A DNA stretch of 64,000 nucleotides from contig OY970194.1 in the NCBI GenBank assembly GCA_963708075.1, positions 4,000,001 through 4,064,000 of the forward strand. Reading direction: 5' to 3'. The DNA comes from Sedimentisphaerales bacterium (GTDB lineage: Bacteria; Planctomycetota; Phycisphaerae; Sedimentisphaerales; Anaerobacaceae). Every line of letters begins with the position of its first letter. Positions within the stretch are counted from its first letter, which is position 1. The notes beneath the pieces are model-generated. The model saw only the letters and a program-made list of their open reading frames with translations, ran no database searches and was not told where the DNA came from. The translations under genes were made by a program, and so were the position numbers. Of the stretch, positions 29,964 through 40,823 are shown piece after piece.

Positions 29964-31128
29964 GCCGAACCCTCTGCAATGCTCGCGCCATGACATAAGT
30001 CATCAAGCCAAACGCCACTGATAAGACAACCCCGACCGGGACCGATCCGATGCACCAATCCCACAGGCACTCAAGACCCATGTAGCCCAGTTCAAGAAAG
30101 GAGGCGCCGCGGAGACCCTCGATATCCTGAGGGATCAGGAAGCGGCCGAAGCGTATAAAGTGGCCTATCTCAATGCAGATTGCCGGGACCACAGGCGGCA
30201 TACAAAGTTGGCTGGCGGCCACGGCGGCTATGCGGTTCAAGCGCAACAACGCGGCGGCCACAAGGATGGCCAACGTGTGGCAGGCGATCAGCGGCACGGC
30301 GCCCAGAAATACGCCAAGTGCGACGGCAAACGCCAGCTCCTGCGGTGTCGCCCGTTCCATCAGCAGAGTCCGGATGGAACGAAGCGGATGCCAGACGGTG
30401 ATCGACGTTCGTGTGCGCGAGTCTGTGACCTGGCGGTGGGGCCAGGGAACCAGGGACCGCACGGTCAGGCGGGTGTTCAGAACCACGAGCCGCAGGTTGT
30501 CCCACAATTTGTGAAAATGGGAACTGCGATGTTCCGGCTTCGGATAGTGCACCTGTACGCCCACCTCGTGCACTTTCGCACCACCCCACAGGGCACGCAC
30601 GACTACTTCCACCTCAAAGGCGTAACGCCGGGATCGGCACGACAGGTGTTCGATCACTGCCAGGGGATAGGCGCGGTATCCGCTCTGGATGTCGTGTACT
30701 CTCGTGCCCGTCTGCAATCGCACCCAGAAATTGCCAAACGCCCGGCCGAACCGGGAACTCGCGGGCACGGTTCCAGAATCGAAATCCCGTACGCCGAGGA
30801 TCAGTGCCTCCGGATGCTCGCGAATCGCCTCGATGATCCTGGGCAAGTCCTCCGGATAGTGCTGGCCGTCAGCATCCAGAGTGATCATGTGTGTGGCCCC
30901 CTGCCGGCGCAGATGATGCGCGGCCGTCTGGATGGCTGCCGCTTTGCCTCGATTGACCTCGTGACGAAGCACCTCCACGGGCAGGTTCGCCAGAAGAGGG
31001 GCGACCGCCGGATGGCTGCCGTCATCCACGATCAGGACTCGCGGATGTGCTTCAAGGCACCGATGGACGACCTCTCTGAGCCGCTCAGGCTGATTGTAGA
31101 CAGGGATGACAACAGCGATCTGCTCCAC
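29953..31128 (-). CDS. GT2 glycosyltransferase fused to a DUF2062 membrane domain
   Basis: 'VIPVYN', 'VDDGS', 'NRGK', 'DADGQH', 'DIQSGYRAYP'; C-terminal 'ELAFAVALGVFLG'. Confidence 0.88.
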   Translation of the reverse strand: MEQIAVVIPVYNQPERLREVVHRCLEAHPRVLIVDDGSHPAVAPLLANLPVEVLRHEVNRGKAAAIQTAAHHLRRQGATHMITLDADGQHYPEDLPRIIEAIREHPEALILGVRDFDSGTVPASSRFGRAFGNFWVRLQTGTRVHDIQSGYRAYPLAVIEHLSCRSRRYAFEVEVVVRALWGGAKVHEVGVQVHYPKPEHRSSHFHKLWDNLRLVVLNTRLTVRSLVPWPHRQVTDSRTRTSITVWHPLRSIRTLLMERATPQELAFAVALGVFLGAVPLIACHTLAILVAAALLRLNRIAAVAASQLCMPPVVPAICIEIGHFIRFGRFLIPQDIEGLRGASFLELGYMGLECLWDWCIGSVPVGVVLSVAFGLMTYVMARALQRVRHAF

Positions 31129-31141
31129 GGAGCCTGCGGCC

Positions 31142-32581
31142 TCACTTTCGTTCTATGATTCGACGGTTAGCACGGGCGAAGGTCAGGAAACTGCCGGCAT
31201 TCGCCAGGAATCGTCGCCAACTGTCGGGGGATTTCCAGAGCATGCTCACGAAGTTCCACAGGGTCTTCGGACGCATATAATAGCGTTTGTAGAACTCGAG
31301 GAATAAACTCTCCAACTGCTCGGCGGTCATCCCGTGGGGCACGAACACCGTATTCATGCAGTCCATCTTCTCCCAGTTCTCCTCGAAGCGGCCTAATGAA
31401 TGGATCTTCTCGTAGAGGGGCGAACCCGGAAAGGGCGTGAACTTGGCGACGTTCAGATCGTCGATGGGCAGCGAGAACACGTACTGCATCGTCCGACGGA
31501 AACTCTGCTCCGTCTCTCCCGGCAGGCCGATCATGAAAAGCCCCTTGACACGGATGCCGGCCTTGTGAATGTCATGGATCGTCCGACTCATCAACTCCAG
31601 ATCCGCGTTCTGGCGGTGTTGCGCCAACAATTCAGGATCGCCCGTTTCAATTCCCAGGCTGATCATCCAGCAGCCCGCTTTCTTCATCAGGACGAGCAGC
31701 TCGCGATCCACGTGCTCGGCCCGCACGGCACAGTTGAAGGTCATCCTCAGGGGCATCTCGATCATCCGCCGACAGAAAGCGACCACGCGATCCCGATTGA
31801 ACGTGAACTGGTCATCGTACAGGTTGATGTGTCGTATCCCAAACTGCTCGTTCAGGGATTGCACGTGCCGGTACAGGTAATCGGCGGAATTGAACCGAAA
31901 GGTCCGCCGAAATACAGAACGATCACAGTAACTGCATTGGTAGGGACAGCCTCGGCTGGAGATGCAACTCGTGTTCGGCGTCCTGGGGTAATTGAAGATC
32001 GGCAACTGGTATCGCTGGGGAAAGCCCTCGATCTTATGATAGGCGGGCAGTGGCAGCGTATCCAGATCCAGCAGGTCTTTCTGAAATCCGGAGAACACGA
32101 CCCGCCCATTGTCCCGATAGACCAGTCCGGCAATGCCCTGGGGACTGCCATCCGCCTCCATAAGGCTTCGCAGTGGAGTCTCCCCTTCTCCAACGACCAC
32201 GGTATCCACCTCGTGGAAGTCCTGGACGATTCTCTCCCGCAAAGCTGAAACGTGCGGTCCCCCAGCGATACAGCAGGTCCCAGGGCTAAGTTCTTTGACC
32301 CGGCGAAAGATGCGGGCCGCATCCAGAAAACCCGCCGTCGTGCACGTTGCCCCCACAAACTGTGGATGGTAGCGGCGCATGTAGTCATCGATCGTCTTAT
32401 CTGAATCCGGGTGGGCAAAGCAGTCGATGATATCCGCACGGAAGCCGTACTGCTCCACGTACGCTGCGATGCCGGCCAGGCCCAATGGCGGCATCAGGTT
32501 GGCCATGCGGGAGATGTCCCGGTCCGCCGCACGTACATCATAGCCCAGCGGGTGAATCAGCAAAATGCGTCGTGTATCCAT
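31142..32581 (-). CDS. B12-binding radical SAM protein #1
   Basis: 'PPLGLA', 'GGPHVS', 'GEGE', SRGCPYQCSYC, 'GIETG', 'FTPFPGS'. Confidence 0.92.
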   Translation of the reverse strand: MDTRRILLIHPLGYDVRAADRDISRMANLMPPLGLAGIAAYVEQYGFRADIIDCFAHPDSDKTIDDYMRRYHPQFVGATCTTAGFLDAARIFRRVKELSPGTCCIAGGPHVSALRERIVQDFHEVDTVVVGEGETPLRSLMEADGSPQGIAGLVYRDNGRVVFSGFQKDLLDLDTLPLPAYHKIEGFPQRYQLPIFNYPRTPNTSCISSRGCPYQCSYCDRSVFRRTFRFNSADYLYRHVQSLNEQFGIRHINLYDDQFTFNRDRVVAFCRRMIEMPLRMTFNCAVRAEHVDRELLVLMKKAGCWMISLGIETGDPELLAQHRQNADLELMSRTIHDIHKAGIRVKGLFMIGLPGETEQSFRRTMQYVFSLPIDDLNVAKFTPFPGSPLYEKIHSLGRFEENWEKMDCMNTVFVPHGMTAEQLESLFLEFYKRYYMRPKTLWNFVSMLWKSPDSWRRFLANAGSFLTFARANRRIIERK

Positions 32582-32611
32582 ACTCAGTCGTCTCCGCCTC
32601 GCTGCAATCCA

Positions 32612-33974
32612 TCAGACTGCATGCGACGGAAAATGAAGCATGCGCTCCCAGAGCAGCCCCTTCCATCCGAAGCCTCGAAGAATCGCCGCCGCGCACTGTC
32701 CCTCATGGGGCGGGAAGATCCGATCGCGCCGGCCCGCCCAGGACTCCGTCACCTGCTGCTCCATCCATGCCTTGTCCACTGCCGGAGAAACATAGTAAAC
32801 GGGCTCCAACAGCGTGTCTGTCTCCCGCAAAAGATGTTCCGCAATAGCGTGCTTGTGAAGAGGCGTCCCCGGATAGATCCGGATTCCCGAGAAGCCAAAG
32901 ACAACGCAACATTCGAGACGAGCGATATTATTGAGCCCGTCCCGAACCGTCGTTGGTGTCTCCTGCGGCCCCCCGAAAATGACAAAATGGGCGGACGCGA
33001 TTTCCATCTGCACGCACATCTGATTCGTCCGCTCGACATCGGCCCATCGGAACGGCTTGCCCATCGCCTCCAACGTGGCGTCCGTCGTGGCATCGGTGCC
33101 AAATTCCACGGCATAGAGAACCGGCTCGCTTGCAGAGCGCCAGGATCTCACGGGTCAGCAGATGAGGCGACATATAGCAAGCCCATTTCACACCAAGCTC
33201 GCGAGCCGCCATTGTCTCGACCAAATCCAGGTACTGTCCCTGAGAGTCGTTGAATATTGAATCGACGAAGAACACGGTATCTACATGAAACTCTCGCTTG
33301 AGCCGTTCCAGATCGGCGATCACCGCCTCAATGTGCCGAGCACGAAACGTCGTGCCCTCCAGTTTCGGATAGGTACAATAGCAGCAATGATAGGGACAGC
33401 CGCGCTTGCTCTGGAGGCCGATGATTCCACTTTTGTCCCAGTAGAACGCTACCAGTGCCGGGTCGAAGCAGGGCGCACGCTGATAGGTTTCGCGTGGTTG
33501 CTGTTGCGTGACGGGCCAGACGGCCGGAAGGGAGCGTCCCTGTGTCACGGCCGCCACGGCATCTACAATCGAGCGTTCCCCCTCTCCCGGCACGGCCATA
33601 TCCGCGCCTACATACTGCCTCACCTCAGGAGGCATCGTCGATACGGCCGCTCCCCCGATAATGACGGGGGCTCGCGTGAAACGCCGTACCGAGGCGACCA
33701 GGTCCTTCGCTTCTTTCAATTCCCAAGCATCCTCGGATCTCACCAAGGAATCGATGCGATCAACATTGCGGATCGACACCGCCACCACCTCCGGGTCGAA
33801 TTCACGGATGGTTTGCCCCAGAAGCTCGGTCTGGCGATCGGCAACCAGCCAGTCGAATTGACGGATCTGATGGCCCGCATCCATCAGGACGCCGGCCACT
33901 GTCGCCATTCCTAAAGGGTAGACCGCGTACGGAGTATCACAGGTATTTGCTGATATGAGAAGGACTCGACTCAT
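32612..33974 (-). CDS. Lipid-biosynthesis-type B12-binding radical SAM protein #2, frameshift near 33119
   Basis: 'YAVYPLGM', 'SIRNVD', KRGCPYHCCYC, 'DSIFN'; continues in 32612-33151 ('VEFGTD', 'FGGPQET', 'GIRIYPGT'). Confidence 0.88.
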
Positions 33975-35242
33975 TTGTCTCCGGATTCCTTGCTTTGAAA
34001 CCGTCTTCTCGTTCGTGGATTGTACCGACGGTAGGTCCCGTCCTCCATTTCGCGCTCGATCACCCGCTGAAACAGCCGTCCCATCCGGAGTTGGTACCCG
34101 GAGTCGGCATAGAAAGTTTTCCAGGCATAGTCATACATCGCCTGCAACTCGTCTACGGACATGCGCTTCGGCCGGAAGACCACCTTGTCGGCGGTGTAAT
34201 CGGCCCAGTTGTTGCTCAAGATCCGCCCTTCTCGCTCCAGTTGCTCGCGAACCGGCGTGTGGGGAAACGGAGTCAGGACCGTGAACTCCGCAACGTCCAA
34301 CCGAATCTCGCACAGAAAATCGACGAGACGCTTGATGGAATCTACGTCATGATCGTCCGTGCCCAGCAGGACCGTGGCTTCCACACCGATCCCGTTGTCC
34401 TGCAGCATGCGAATGCGGTCGCGGATCACATCCGAGGTATCGAATACGGCCTGATACACATACCAGCAACCGGCCTCGGCCGCCAGGCGGACGATCTGCT
34501 CATCGTACAGGATCGGATGCGACACCCATTTCTTCTTCAGCGGCTTGATGGCTTGGAACAGGGACACCAGCCAATCCCGATCTTGCGCGAGAGAATTGTC
34601 AACGATAAAGAGTCGATTATTCTTGATCTGTTCGAACTCCTCGACGACTTTGTCTATCGGACGGGGTCGAAACTGCTTGCCGCCCAGGAAGGCGCTGCAA
34701 CAGGGAAAGCAGTTGAATCGGCAGCCGCGCGAGGCATGCACGAGGTCGACCATTTGGACACCGCGATAGTTGTATAATGCCCGGTCGAGAATATCCCGCC
34801 GGGCCGGCCCGATCCACTCCGTGGGCGGAGGATCGCCCATGAAATCGTACACACGCTTCAGCCGTCCGGCCTTGAGATCGTCGATGACCCGATCAAAACG
34901 CCCTTCGGCTTCTCCCAGGAAGATGGCGTCGGCGTGTTCTGCAACCTCCTCGCTGTGCAGCATCGTGGCAATTCCGCCGAAAATGACGGGCAGGCCTTTC
35001 GATCGAAACGTATCGGCGATCTCGAAGGCCCTTGGAAGCTGGCTCGTCAGCATGACCGAGATCGCCACCAGGTCCACCTCCTCCTCAAAATCGACAGACT
35101 GCACGTTATCGTCTTCGAAGATGATCTCCACGTCGTGCGGCACTGTCGCCGCGAAGACTACCGGCCCGTGGGGCGGCAGATGGAATGGGGTCTGATGCTC
35201 CAGCTTGGGCCACGTCGGATAGATCAGCTTCATCTTTATCAT
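33971..35242 (-). CDS. B12-binding radical SAM protein #3
   Basis: 'LIYP', 'FGGIATML', 'GEAEG', SRGCRFNCFPCC, 'LTPFPHT'. Confidence 0.88.
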   Translation of the reverse strand: MIKMKLIYPTWPKLEHQTPFHLPPHGPVVFAATVPHDVEIIFEDDNVQSVDFEEEVDLVAISVMLTSQLPRAFEIADTFRSKGLPVIFGGIATMLHSEEVAEHADAIFLGEAEGRFDRVIDDLKAGRLKRVYDFMGDPPPTEWIGPARRDILDRALYNYRGVQMVDLVHASRGCRFNCFPCCSAFLGGKQFRPRPIDKVVEEFEQIKNNRLFIVDNSLAQDRDWLVSLFQAIKPLKKKWVSHPILYDEQIVRLAAEAGCWYVYQAVFDTSDVIRDRIRMLQDNGIGVEATVLLGTDDHDVDSIKRLVDFLCEIRLDVAEFTVLTPFPHTPVREQLEREGRILSNNWADYTADKVVFRPKRMSVDELQAMYDYAWKTFYADSGYQLRMGRLFQRVIEREMEDGTYRRYNPRTRRRFQSKESGDK

Positions 35243-35946
35243 TCAGAACCATTCCCATTGCCATGTGTATCGGTCAGGACCTTGCAGGCCAGCCAGACGA
35301 GGTCGGTGGCCTGCTGCGTTCCCCGCGTCAATTCCCGGCCATGCCATTGCCATGAGGCCGCCTCTGAACCTCTGTTCAGCACGAAGAATACTGCCCCGCA
35401 AGGCCCTTCCGGATCGGTGTTCAGCATCTTCGAGTCTACATCGCACCAGCCGGCTACCACTGTCTCACAGAAGCCCCATCGTATCAGATCCAGGGCAGCG
35501 TAAACCCCACCCAGATGTCCGTCTGAATCATCCACGACAAGGCTGGGGCCTGTCAAGCCGAATTGGATGGAGGCTTCGCCAAGCATCGTGCCCGGCAGGG
35601 TGTAGGCAAACAGGTTGGGGCTGGCGAGGGAACCACCTTGGGACGCCACCGTCTCGAAATATGCCAAGTCCGCTTCCTGACAGCCACGCCGTGTGCCTGC
35701 AACCATGCCAATCGTTCGCTTGTGCGTCCACTGATTCAGACCTGCGCTCCTGAGGGCCAGTGCGATCGCCCCAAATCCCGCCTTGGCATAGGAATCGAAC
35801 CGGCCAAATCGGGGGTGCACGACATCCAGGAACAATCTGCTTTTGAGGTTCGGCAGTCGTCCGGACCCGAGCGTGAACATCTCGCCAGGCTGCCCGCTGC
35901 CGACGCCGGAGGGTGTCACCCATCCGATTCCACTGATGTTCACCAT
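35239..35946 (-). CDS. Short non-catalytic ketosynthase (chain-length-factor-like)
   Basis: 'RFGRFD', 'ASPNLFAYTLP', 'FGLTGP'; no active-site Cys; N-terminal domain only. Confidence 0.8.
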   Translation of the reverse strand: MVNISGIGWVTPSGVGSGQPGEMFTLGSGRLPNLKSRLFLDVVHPRFGRFDSYAKAGFGAIALALRSAGLNQWTHKRTIGMVAGTRRGCQEADLAYFETVASQGGSLASPNLFAYTLPGTMLGEASIQFGLTGPSLVVDDSDGHLGGVYAALDLIRWGFCETVVAGWCDVDSKMLNTDPEGPCGAVFFVLNRGSEAASWQWHGRELTRGTQQATDLVWLACKVLTDTHGNGNGSE

Positions 35947-37076
35947 CACGATTCGGCACTCCTTTGCAGGATCAGGGCCGCATTGACACCGCCGAAACCG
36001 GAGTTCGTAGTCAGCAGATAGTCCCCTGAGAACGGTTGCGCCTGCGCCGATACACGTCCTTGCCCACCCGGCTCCGGGGCCCGCAGGCCTACGGTTGGTG
36101 GGATGCACTGATTCTCCAGGCTGCACAACCCCACTATCGTTTCGATTGCCCCGCAAGCGCCCAGAGTGTGCCCTATGGCCCCTTTGATGGAGTGAAACGG
36201 AGGCAATGAGCCAAAAATCGTGGAAAAGGCGGTCACCTCCATGGCATCGTTGTAGACCGATCCGGTGCCGTGGGCATTGATCGCCGCCACGTCAGACGGC
36301 TTCAACCCGGCCCGCTCCAGTGCCTGGCGGACTGCGAGGATCAGTCCTTCGCCCGTTCTCGACGGCGCGGTGATGTGATGGGCATCGGATGCAATGCCCC
36401 AGCCGACGATCCGGCCGAGGCTTCGGCGTTTGGCCTGTCGGCAAGCCCGTTCACTCATCAACAGCAGGCACGCCGCCCCTTCCCCCAACACCAAACCGTC
36501 GCGGTCTACATCGAAGGGACGACACGCCTGTGCAGACAGAGCCTGCAACGCGGAGAATCCGGAGAAGACAAATTCCGAGACGAGATCCAGCCCACAGACC
36601 AGAACCGACTCGACCTCCCCCTGCTGAATCTGCGAAGCTCCCAGCGCCAGGGCGATCGTCGCGGACGCACAAGCCGCATTGATGTTGCAGCGTCGTCCCT
36701 TCACGCCCAACCGATCCGCCACGAGATCCGCCACTTGACAGCCCAGGACGTGGTCCAGCGCCGTCCTTTGTGTACGAACCGCCCACTCCAACTGGTCGAT
36801 GCCTGCTTTCGTTGTTGCAGTGAACAATGTCGCATCGGCCGGAACCGAAGGGGATTCATCGAACAGCATCTCTATCAGCCCGCCCAACCGCGAGCTGTCC
36901 CTCTCGGCATCCAATGCAGCGATGAAACCGGCCACGCTGGATGTATAGCCCTCCGTGGCGAACCGCCGCACAGGGCCAATGCCCGTGTGGCCTGCCAACA
37001 GGCTGCGCCAAAGAGCCTCTCGTCCCATTCCCAGGGACGTCACGACTCGTGTATCCATTACATGGATCGCACTCAC
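35946..37076 (-). CDS. Beta-ketoacyl-ACP synthase
   Basis: NAACASA, NAHGTGS, KGAIGHT (Cys-His-His). Confidence 0.92.
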   Translation of the reverse strand: MSAIHVMDTRVVTSLGMGREALWRSLLAGHTGIGPVRRFATEGYTSSVAGFIAALDAERDSSRLGGLIEMLFDESPSVPADATLFTATTKAGIDQLEWAVRTQRTALDHVLGCQVADLVADRLGVKGRRCNINAACASATIALALGASQIQQGEVESVLVCGLDLVSEFVFSGFSALQALSAQACRPFDVDRDGLVLGEGAACLLLMSERACRQAKRRSLGRIVGWGIASDAHHITAPSRTGEGLILAVRQALERAGLKPSDVAAINAHGTGSVYNDAMEVTAFSTIFGSLPPFHSIKGAIGHTLGACGAIETIVGLCSLENQCIPPTVGLRAPEPGGQGRVSAQAQPFSGDYLLTTNSGFGGVNAALILQRSAES

Positions 37077-37534
37077 GCCAGTTCCCCTCGCTTCCACTTC
37101 TGCAGGAACTCGGCAAAGAACGGCGGCGGCGTAAGAAGAACGTTCAGGTTGCAGTCCAGCATCATCTGTACCGTGCAGCCTGTACATACAAGTTGGCCGT
37201 GAGCGTTGCGAATCTCGTATTCGAAATTGATGCGTGCGGCGTCCGACCAGTGCAGGACCGCCGTGATGTCCATATCGTCCTCGAACCGCAAGGGACCCAG
37301 GTAGTCGATCTGCATCTGTCGCACCGGAACCGGGATTCGCTCCCGGATGAAATCGCTGTAGCCGATCCCATAGCGATGGCCCAGGGCCACCCGGGCATCT
37401 TCGAAGTAGCTAGGGTAACAGCCATGCCAGACAATCCCCATCGAGTCCACTTCCTCGAATCGGACGCGTCGCTGAACGGTCAGACGAAGCGCCGCCGGCG
37501 CACCGTTGATGGGCGGGAAGTACGGTTTACGCAT
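37073..37534 (-). CDS. 4HBT-type thioesterase
   Basis: 'VRFEEVDSMGIVWHGCYPSYFEDAR'. Confidence 0.9.
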   Translation of the reverse strand: MRKPYFPPINGAPAALRLTVQRRVRFEEVDSMGIVWHGCYPSYFEDARVALGHRYGIGYSDFIRERIPVPVRQMQIDYLGPLRFEDDMDITAVLHWSDAARINFEYEIRNAHGQLVCTGCTVQMMLDCNLNVLLTPPPFFAEFLQKWKRGELA

Positions 37535-37919
37535 GGCCACCTTCCTCAACATCAAACTCCAGTGTGAACACAGCGGCCTTCTCACTGCCTGCCAGCAGCG
37601 TGAAACTGCATCGCAGGCGATCATTCCGCGGCTCTTCCTGCCAGCAGACCGTCACGGGCTGGTCCGGCAGGATGGTTCTGAGAAACTTGCTCCGCTCCAC
37701 CCGTCGAAGGCGCCAGTTGCAGGCGCTGCGAACACACAGAGCACACTGTCCCGTCAACAATTGTACGAATGCCGGCAGGACCGGGTGCCCCGGAAAGTGC
37801 CCCTGGAAGCCGGTGAAGTTTTTGTCAAAGTGAAACACCAACTCATGGCTCCGCCCCCCATCCAGGGTTCGGACCTGCCTGTCTGCACATGCGAGGATCT
37901 CTTCTCGTAACGTTCGCAT
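37527..37919 (-). CDS. FabZ/ApeI-like dehydratase
   Basis: 'FQGHFPGHPVLPAFVQ', 'KFLRTILP'. Confidence 0.85.
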   Translation of the reverse strand: MRTLREEILACADRQVRTLDGGRSHELVFHFDKNFTGFQGHFPGHPVLPAFVQLLTGQCALCVRSACNWRLRRVERSKFLRTILPDQPVTVCWQEEPRNDRLRCSFTLLAGSEKAAVFTLEFDVEEGGHA

Positions 37920-37926
37920 CGCCACC

Positions 37927-40326
37927 TCAGTTTGCCGGATCATGATTCTGCAGGGCGGGAATCACGAACACGGCACAGACCATAGAAGGAAGAAGGCCCA
38001 GGACAACGGTAATACCCAGTGAGAACATCGCTGGATGATGCGCCAGCGCCAGGGCCCCAAAACTGCTGATCGTGGTCAGGGCCGACGTGACTACCGACCG
38101 CTCGGCCACGCCATCACACTCTTTACAGCGATACAGCATGAATGTCCCATAGTCGATGCTGAGCCCCAGGACGAGCACTCCGGCTGCTATATTGAACAGA
38201 TTCACCCGGATGCCCAGCAATCCCATCAGGGCCAGCATCACGACAACGCCGGTGATCGACGGGAGCAGGCACAAAACCACATGCGTTAGACGCCGCAACG
38301 TCACCGCCAATACAAGCACGACCAGGCTCAGGGCCCCCAGCAAGAAACGGGTGAAATCGCGATGCAGCAACTGTCGAAGCGAGACAGCAAACTGCCTCTG
38401 TGAGACGGCCTGAGCGCCCGGCGGCAGTTCCAAGCCAGACAGGCCCGCAGCCTGATCCGCCTGGTCGCTATCGGAAACCAGGTTGATCAGGCCCAAGCCC
38501 GCCGGCTCCAACAACCACAGCGGCTCCAACAGCGGCCCAGCCGCCTTGCGGAGATCGGCAGGCCCGAAGGGCTCTCTTTCCTGTTCAATCCACTGAAGAA
38601 AGGGTATGAACGCTCCCTGCGAGAAACCCAGCGTTCGCCCGTGAGTATCGAGAGCTTCCTTCAACCGGTCCAAACGCCCTTGCTCGCGCCAGAAACGCTC
38701 CCATCGGACCAGATTGGCCGACTGTGTCGCCCGGCTGGGCAATAGCGGAGCCACGCTCACGAACTCACCCGGCCGCCGATTCGCGGACAACTGCGCATAG
38801 ACCTGCTCATTCGTCCGCAGCGCTGCCTCTTCATCTTCGTCGCGAACGACCACCAAGGCCCGACCCCGGGGATCACCCCATACATCCCGGACGCAGAACT
38901 CGTCCGCCAGAATGTCCTTGGGCATCAACCCAAAGGATCGAAGATCCCCCTCGAATGCCACGCGAAAACACCATGGCACACAGATCAGGATCGCCGCCAG
39001 CCAGGCGCCGATCACCCAACGAGAACGACCGGCCAACACCTGGGGCAACAACAACCAGTGGTCCCGCCGGCTCTGTCCAACCCAATGCGGCAGACATCCC
39101 ACGGCCAGCGCCAGGGCCACTGTCAGCCCTGCAATCGCCAAAACCGCCAATTGACGCTGGATCGGAACGGCGGACCATAAAAGGACGGCAAAGACAACGA
39201 CTGTCGAAGCGAAGGATATAACCATCGGCACCGCCAACCCCGCCATCTCCTCCTGGGGCTTGGCTCCCGGCCTGCGGAGAGCATAGAACACATGGAGCCC
39301 ATAGTCATCGGAGATCCCCAGAAGAACGGCGCCAAACCCCACCACAATAGCCGACAGCGGCGTGAACAGTCCCGCGACCACAAGCACACCTGCCAGGACC
39401 CCCAACGACGGGACGGCAAACACGAATACCGCCCGCCAGTGACGCAGCATGACCAGGAAGATCACGGCCAGACTAAGCGACGAGACCGCAAAAACCACGA
39501 TCAGGTCCCGCTTGATTGCTTTGGCATTGGCAACCGTATAGCGATGGGCACAGACTACATGGGCGAGGATCGTCTCGGGAACCGTCCGCGAGAGCACCTC
39601 GTCGAGATACTGAAGCACCTGCTCGCCACCCTTGGAATCGCCCATGGAGATCGGCGTCTCCGCGACGAGCAGGAGGTGCTTGCCGGTCGGATCGATGAGA
39701 AATCCTTGTTCGACCTGCATGTCGGGGAGCAGGGCCACGGCCCCCAACTTGCGCAGCACCTGGTTGCGAAATCCAAGGGGATCTTTGGCGAGCCATTTTC
39801 TCAACCACAGTCCCTCAGGACCGGCGAGAGCCTGAAGATCGGTCTGGAGCGTCTGAGCCACCTGCGGGGACGCGACTTGGGGCGCCAGGGCTGCCGCGTC
39901 CTCCTCTGTGAACAACTGCGGCATGTGCGCATAAAGCCAATCGATCAGATTGGCCCCCGCCTCCATGGGCAAACCACCGATCACGTTGGAAATCAGCGGT
40001 GGACCCAGCCGCTCTTCCAGAAGCGCCGCCGTCTCCATCAACAGAGAGACCTGCTCAGGCTCCCGGGCTTCCAGATCGATCAGAATGCTCCGCGTGAATG
40101 GCGCCGCTTCCAGCAGCCGATAGCTGGCCACGAACGTTGGATCGCTGTCCGGAAGCATCAGCGTGATGTCCTCCCGCATGGGCGCCCGCGCCACAATCAG
40201 GCCCCCGATCAGGGCCGACACCGCCACCACGGCGGCGTACGCCCATCGATGGCGGGATCCCACTCGATAGATCCCCCGGGCTGTCCGCGCCAACACGTTT
40301 GCTTCCACCTGTCCCAAGCGATCCAC
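37927..40326 (-). CDS. MMPL/RND-family exporter
   Basis: Two TM clusters; 'LGISDDYGLH', 'GLSIDYGTF', 'SALTTISSFGAL'. Confidence 0.9.
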   Translation of the reverse strand: MDRLGQVEANVLARTARGIYRVGSRHRWAYAAVVAVSALIGGLIVARAPMREDITLMLPDSDPTFVASYRLLEAAPFTRSILIDLEAREPEQVSLLMETAALLEERLGPPLISNVIGGLPMEAGANLIDWLYAHMPQLFTEEDAAALAPQVASPQVAQTLQTDLQALAGPEGLWLRKWLAKDPLGFRNQVLRKLGAVALLPDMQVEQGFLIDPTGKHLLLVAETPISMGDSKGGEQVLQYLDEVLSRTVPETILAHVVCAHRYTVANAKAIKRDLIVVFAVSSLSLAVIFLVMLRHWRAVFVFAVPSLGVLAGVLVVAGLFTPLSAIVVGFGAVLLGISDDYGLHVFYALRRPGAKPQEEMAGLAVPMVISFASTVVVFAVLLWSAVPIQRQLAVLAIAGLTVALALAVGCLPHWVGQSRRDHWLLLPQVLAGRSRWVIGAWLAAILICVPWCFRVAFEGDLRSFGLMPKDILADEFCVRDVWGDPRGRALVVVRDEDEEAALRTNEQVYAQLSANRRPGEFVSVAPLLPSRATQSANLVRWERFWREQGRLDRLKEALDTHGRTLGFSQGAFIPFLQWIEQEREPFGPADLRKAAGPLLEPLWLLEPAGLGLINLVSDSDQADQAAGLSGLELPPGAQAVSQRQFAVSLRQLLHRDFTRFLLGALSLVVLVLAVTLRRLTHVVLCLLPSITGVVVMLALMGLLGIRVNLFNIAAGVLVLGLSIDYGTFMLYRCKECDGVAERSVVTSALTTISSFGALALAHHPAMFSLGITVVLGLLPSMVCAVFVIPALQNHDPAN

Positions 40327-40382
40327 CCGTTATCTCAAAGTAATGCACGTCATGGCTACGGTCCTGCGGTCGCGAGGCCTTT

Positions 40383-40823
40383 TCACTTGGCATCCTGTGG
40401 CGCATCGGGCTGCACCCAGATCTTGAGCGTGCCGCCGGCCACGACGGCCTCTCCACACAGCACCTGTCCGTCCACAAAGTAGAAATCCCCGAAAGAGCAG
40501 GACGACTGAATCTTGATCAGGAGCTGCTGTCCTGCCGCCGGAAGGTCCTCGATATGGAAGTTCTGAGCTCCAACAAGATACCCTTTATTCGTGAGCTTAC
40601 CGGCGAGCCGGTCCCGATATCCTTGTGAGGCCGCATAGGTTTGCGCTACCAACTCCAGCAGGGCCGCCGCCTCGATCTTCCCATCCGGACCTATGCCGAC
40701 ATCTCCAACATTCAGAGTCGTCTGTGCCTCGGCGTGGTCATCTTCGACACACAGGAGCCTGTGCACCAGCCGCATAGGCGAACGGTGAAGCATGTACGTC
40801 TCCGTGTCCGCGGGCAAGCTCAT
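40383..40823 (-). CDS. ApeP-like hotdog dehydratase
   Basis: 'MLHRSPMRLVHRL', 'LELVAQTYAA', 'GYLVG'. Confidence 0.78.
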   Translation of the reverse strand: MSLPADTETYMLHRSPMRLVHRLLCVEDDHAEAQTTLNVGDVGIGPDGKIEAAALLELVAQTYAASQGYRDRLAGKLTNKGYLVGAQNFHIEDLPAAGQQLLIKIQSSCSFGDFYFVDGQVLCGEAVVAGGTLKIWVQPDAPQDAK

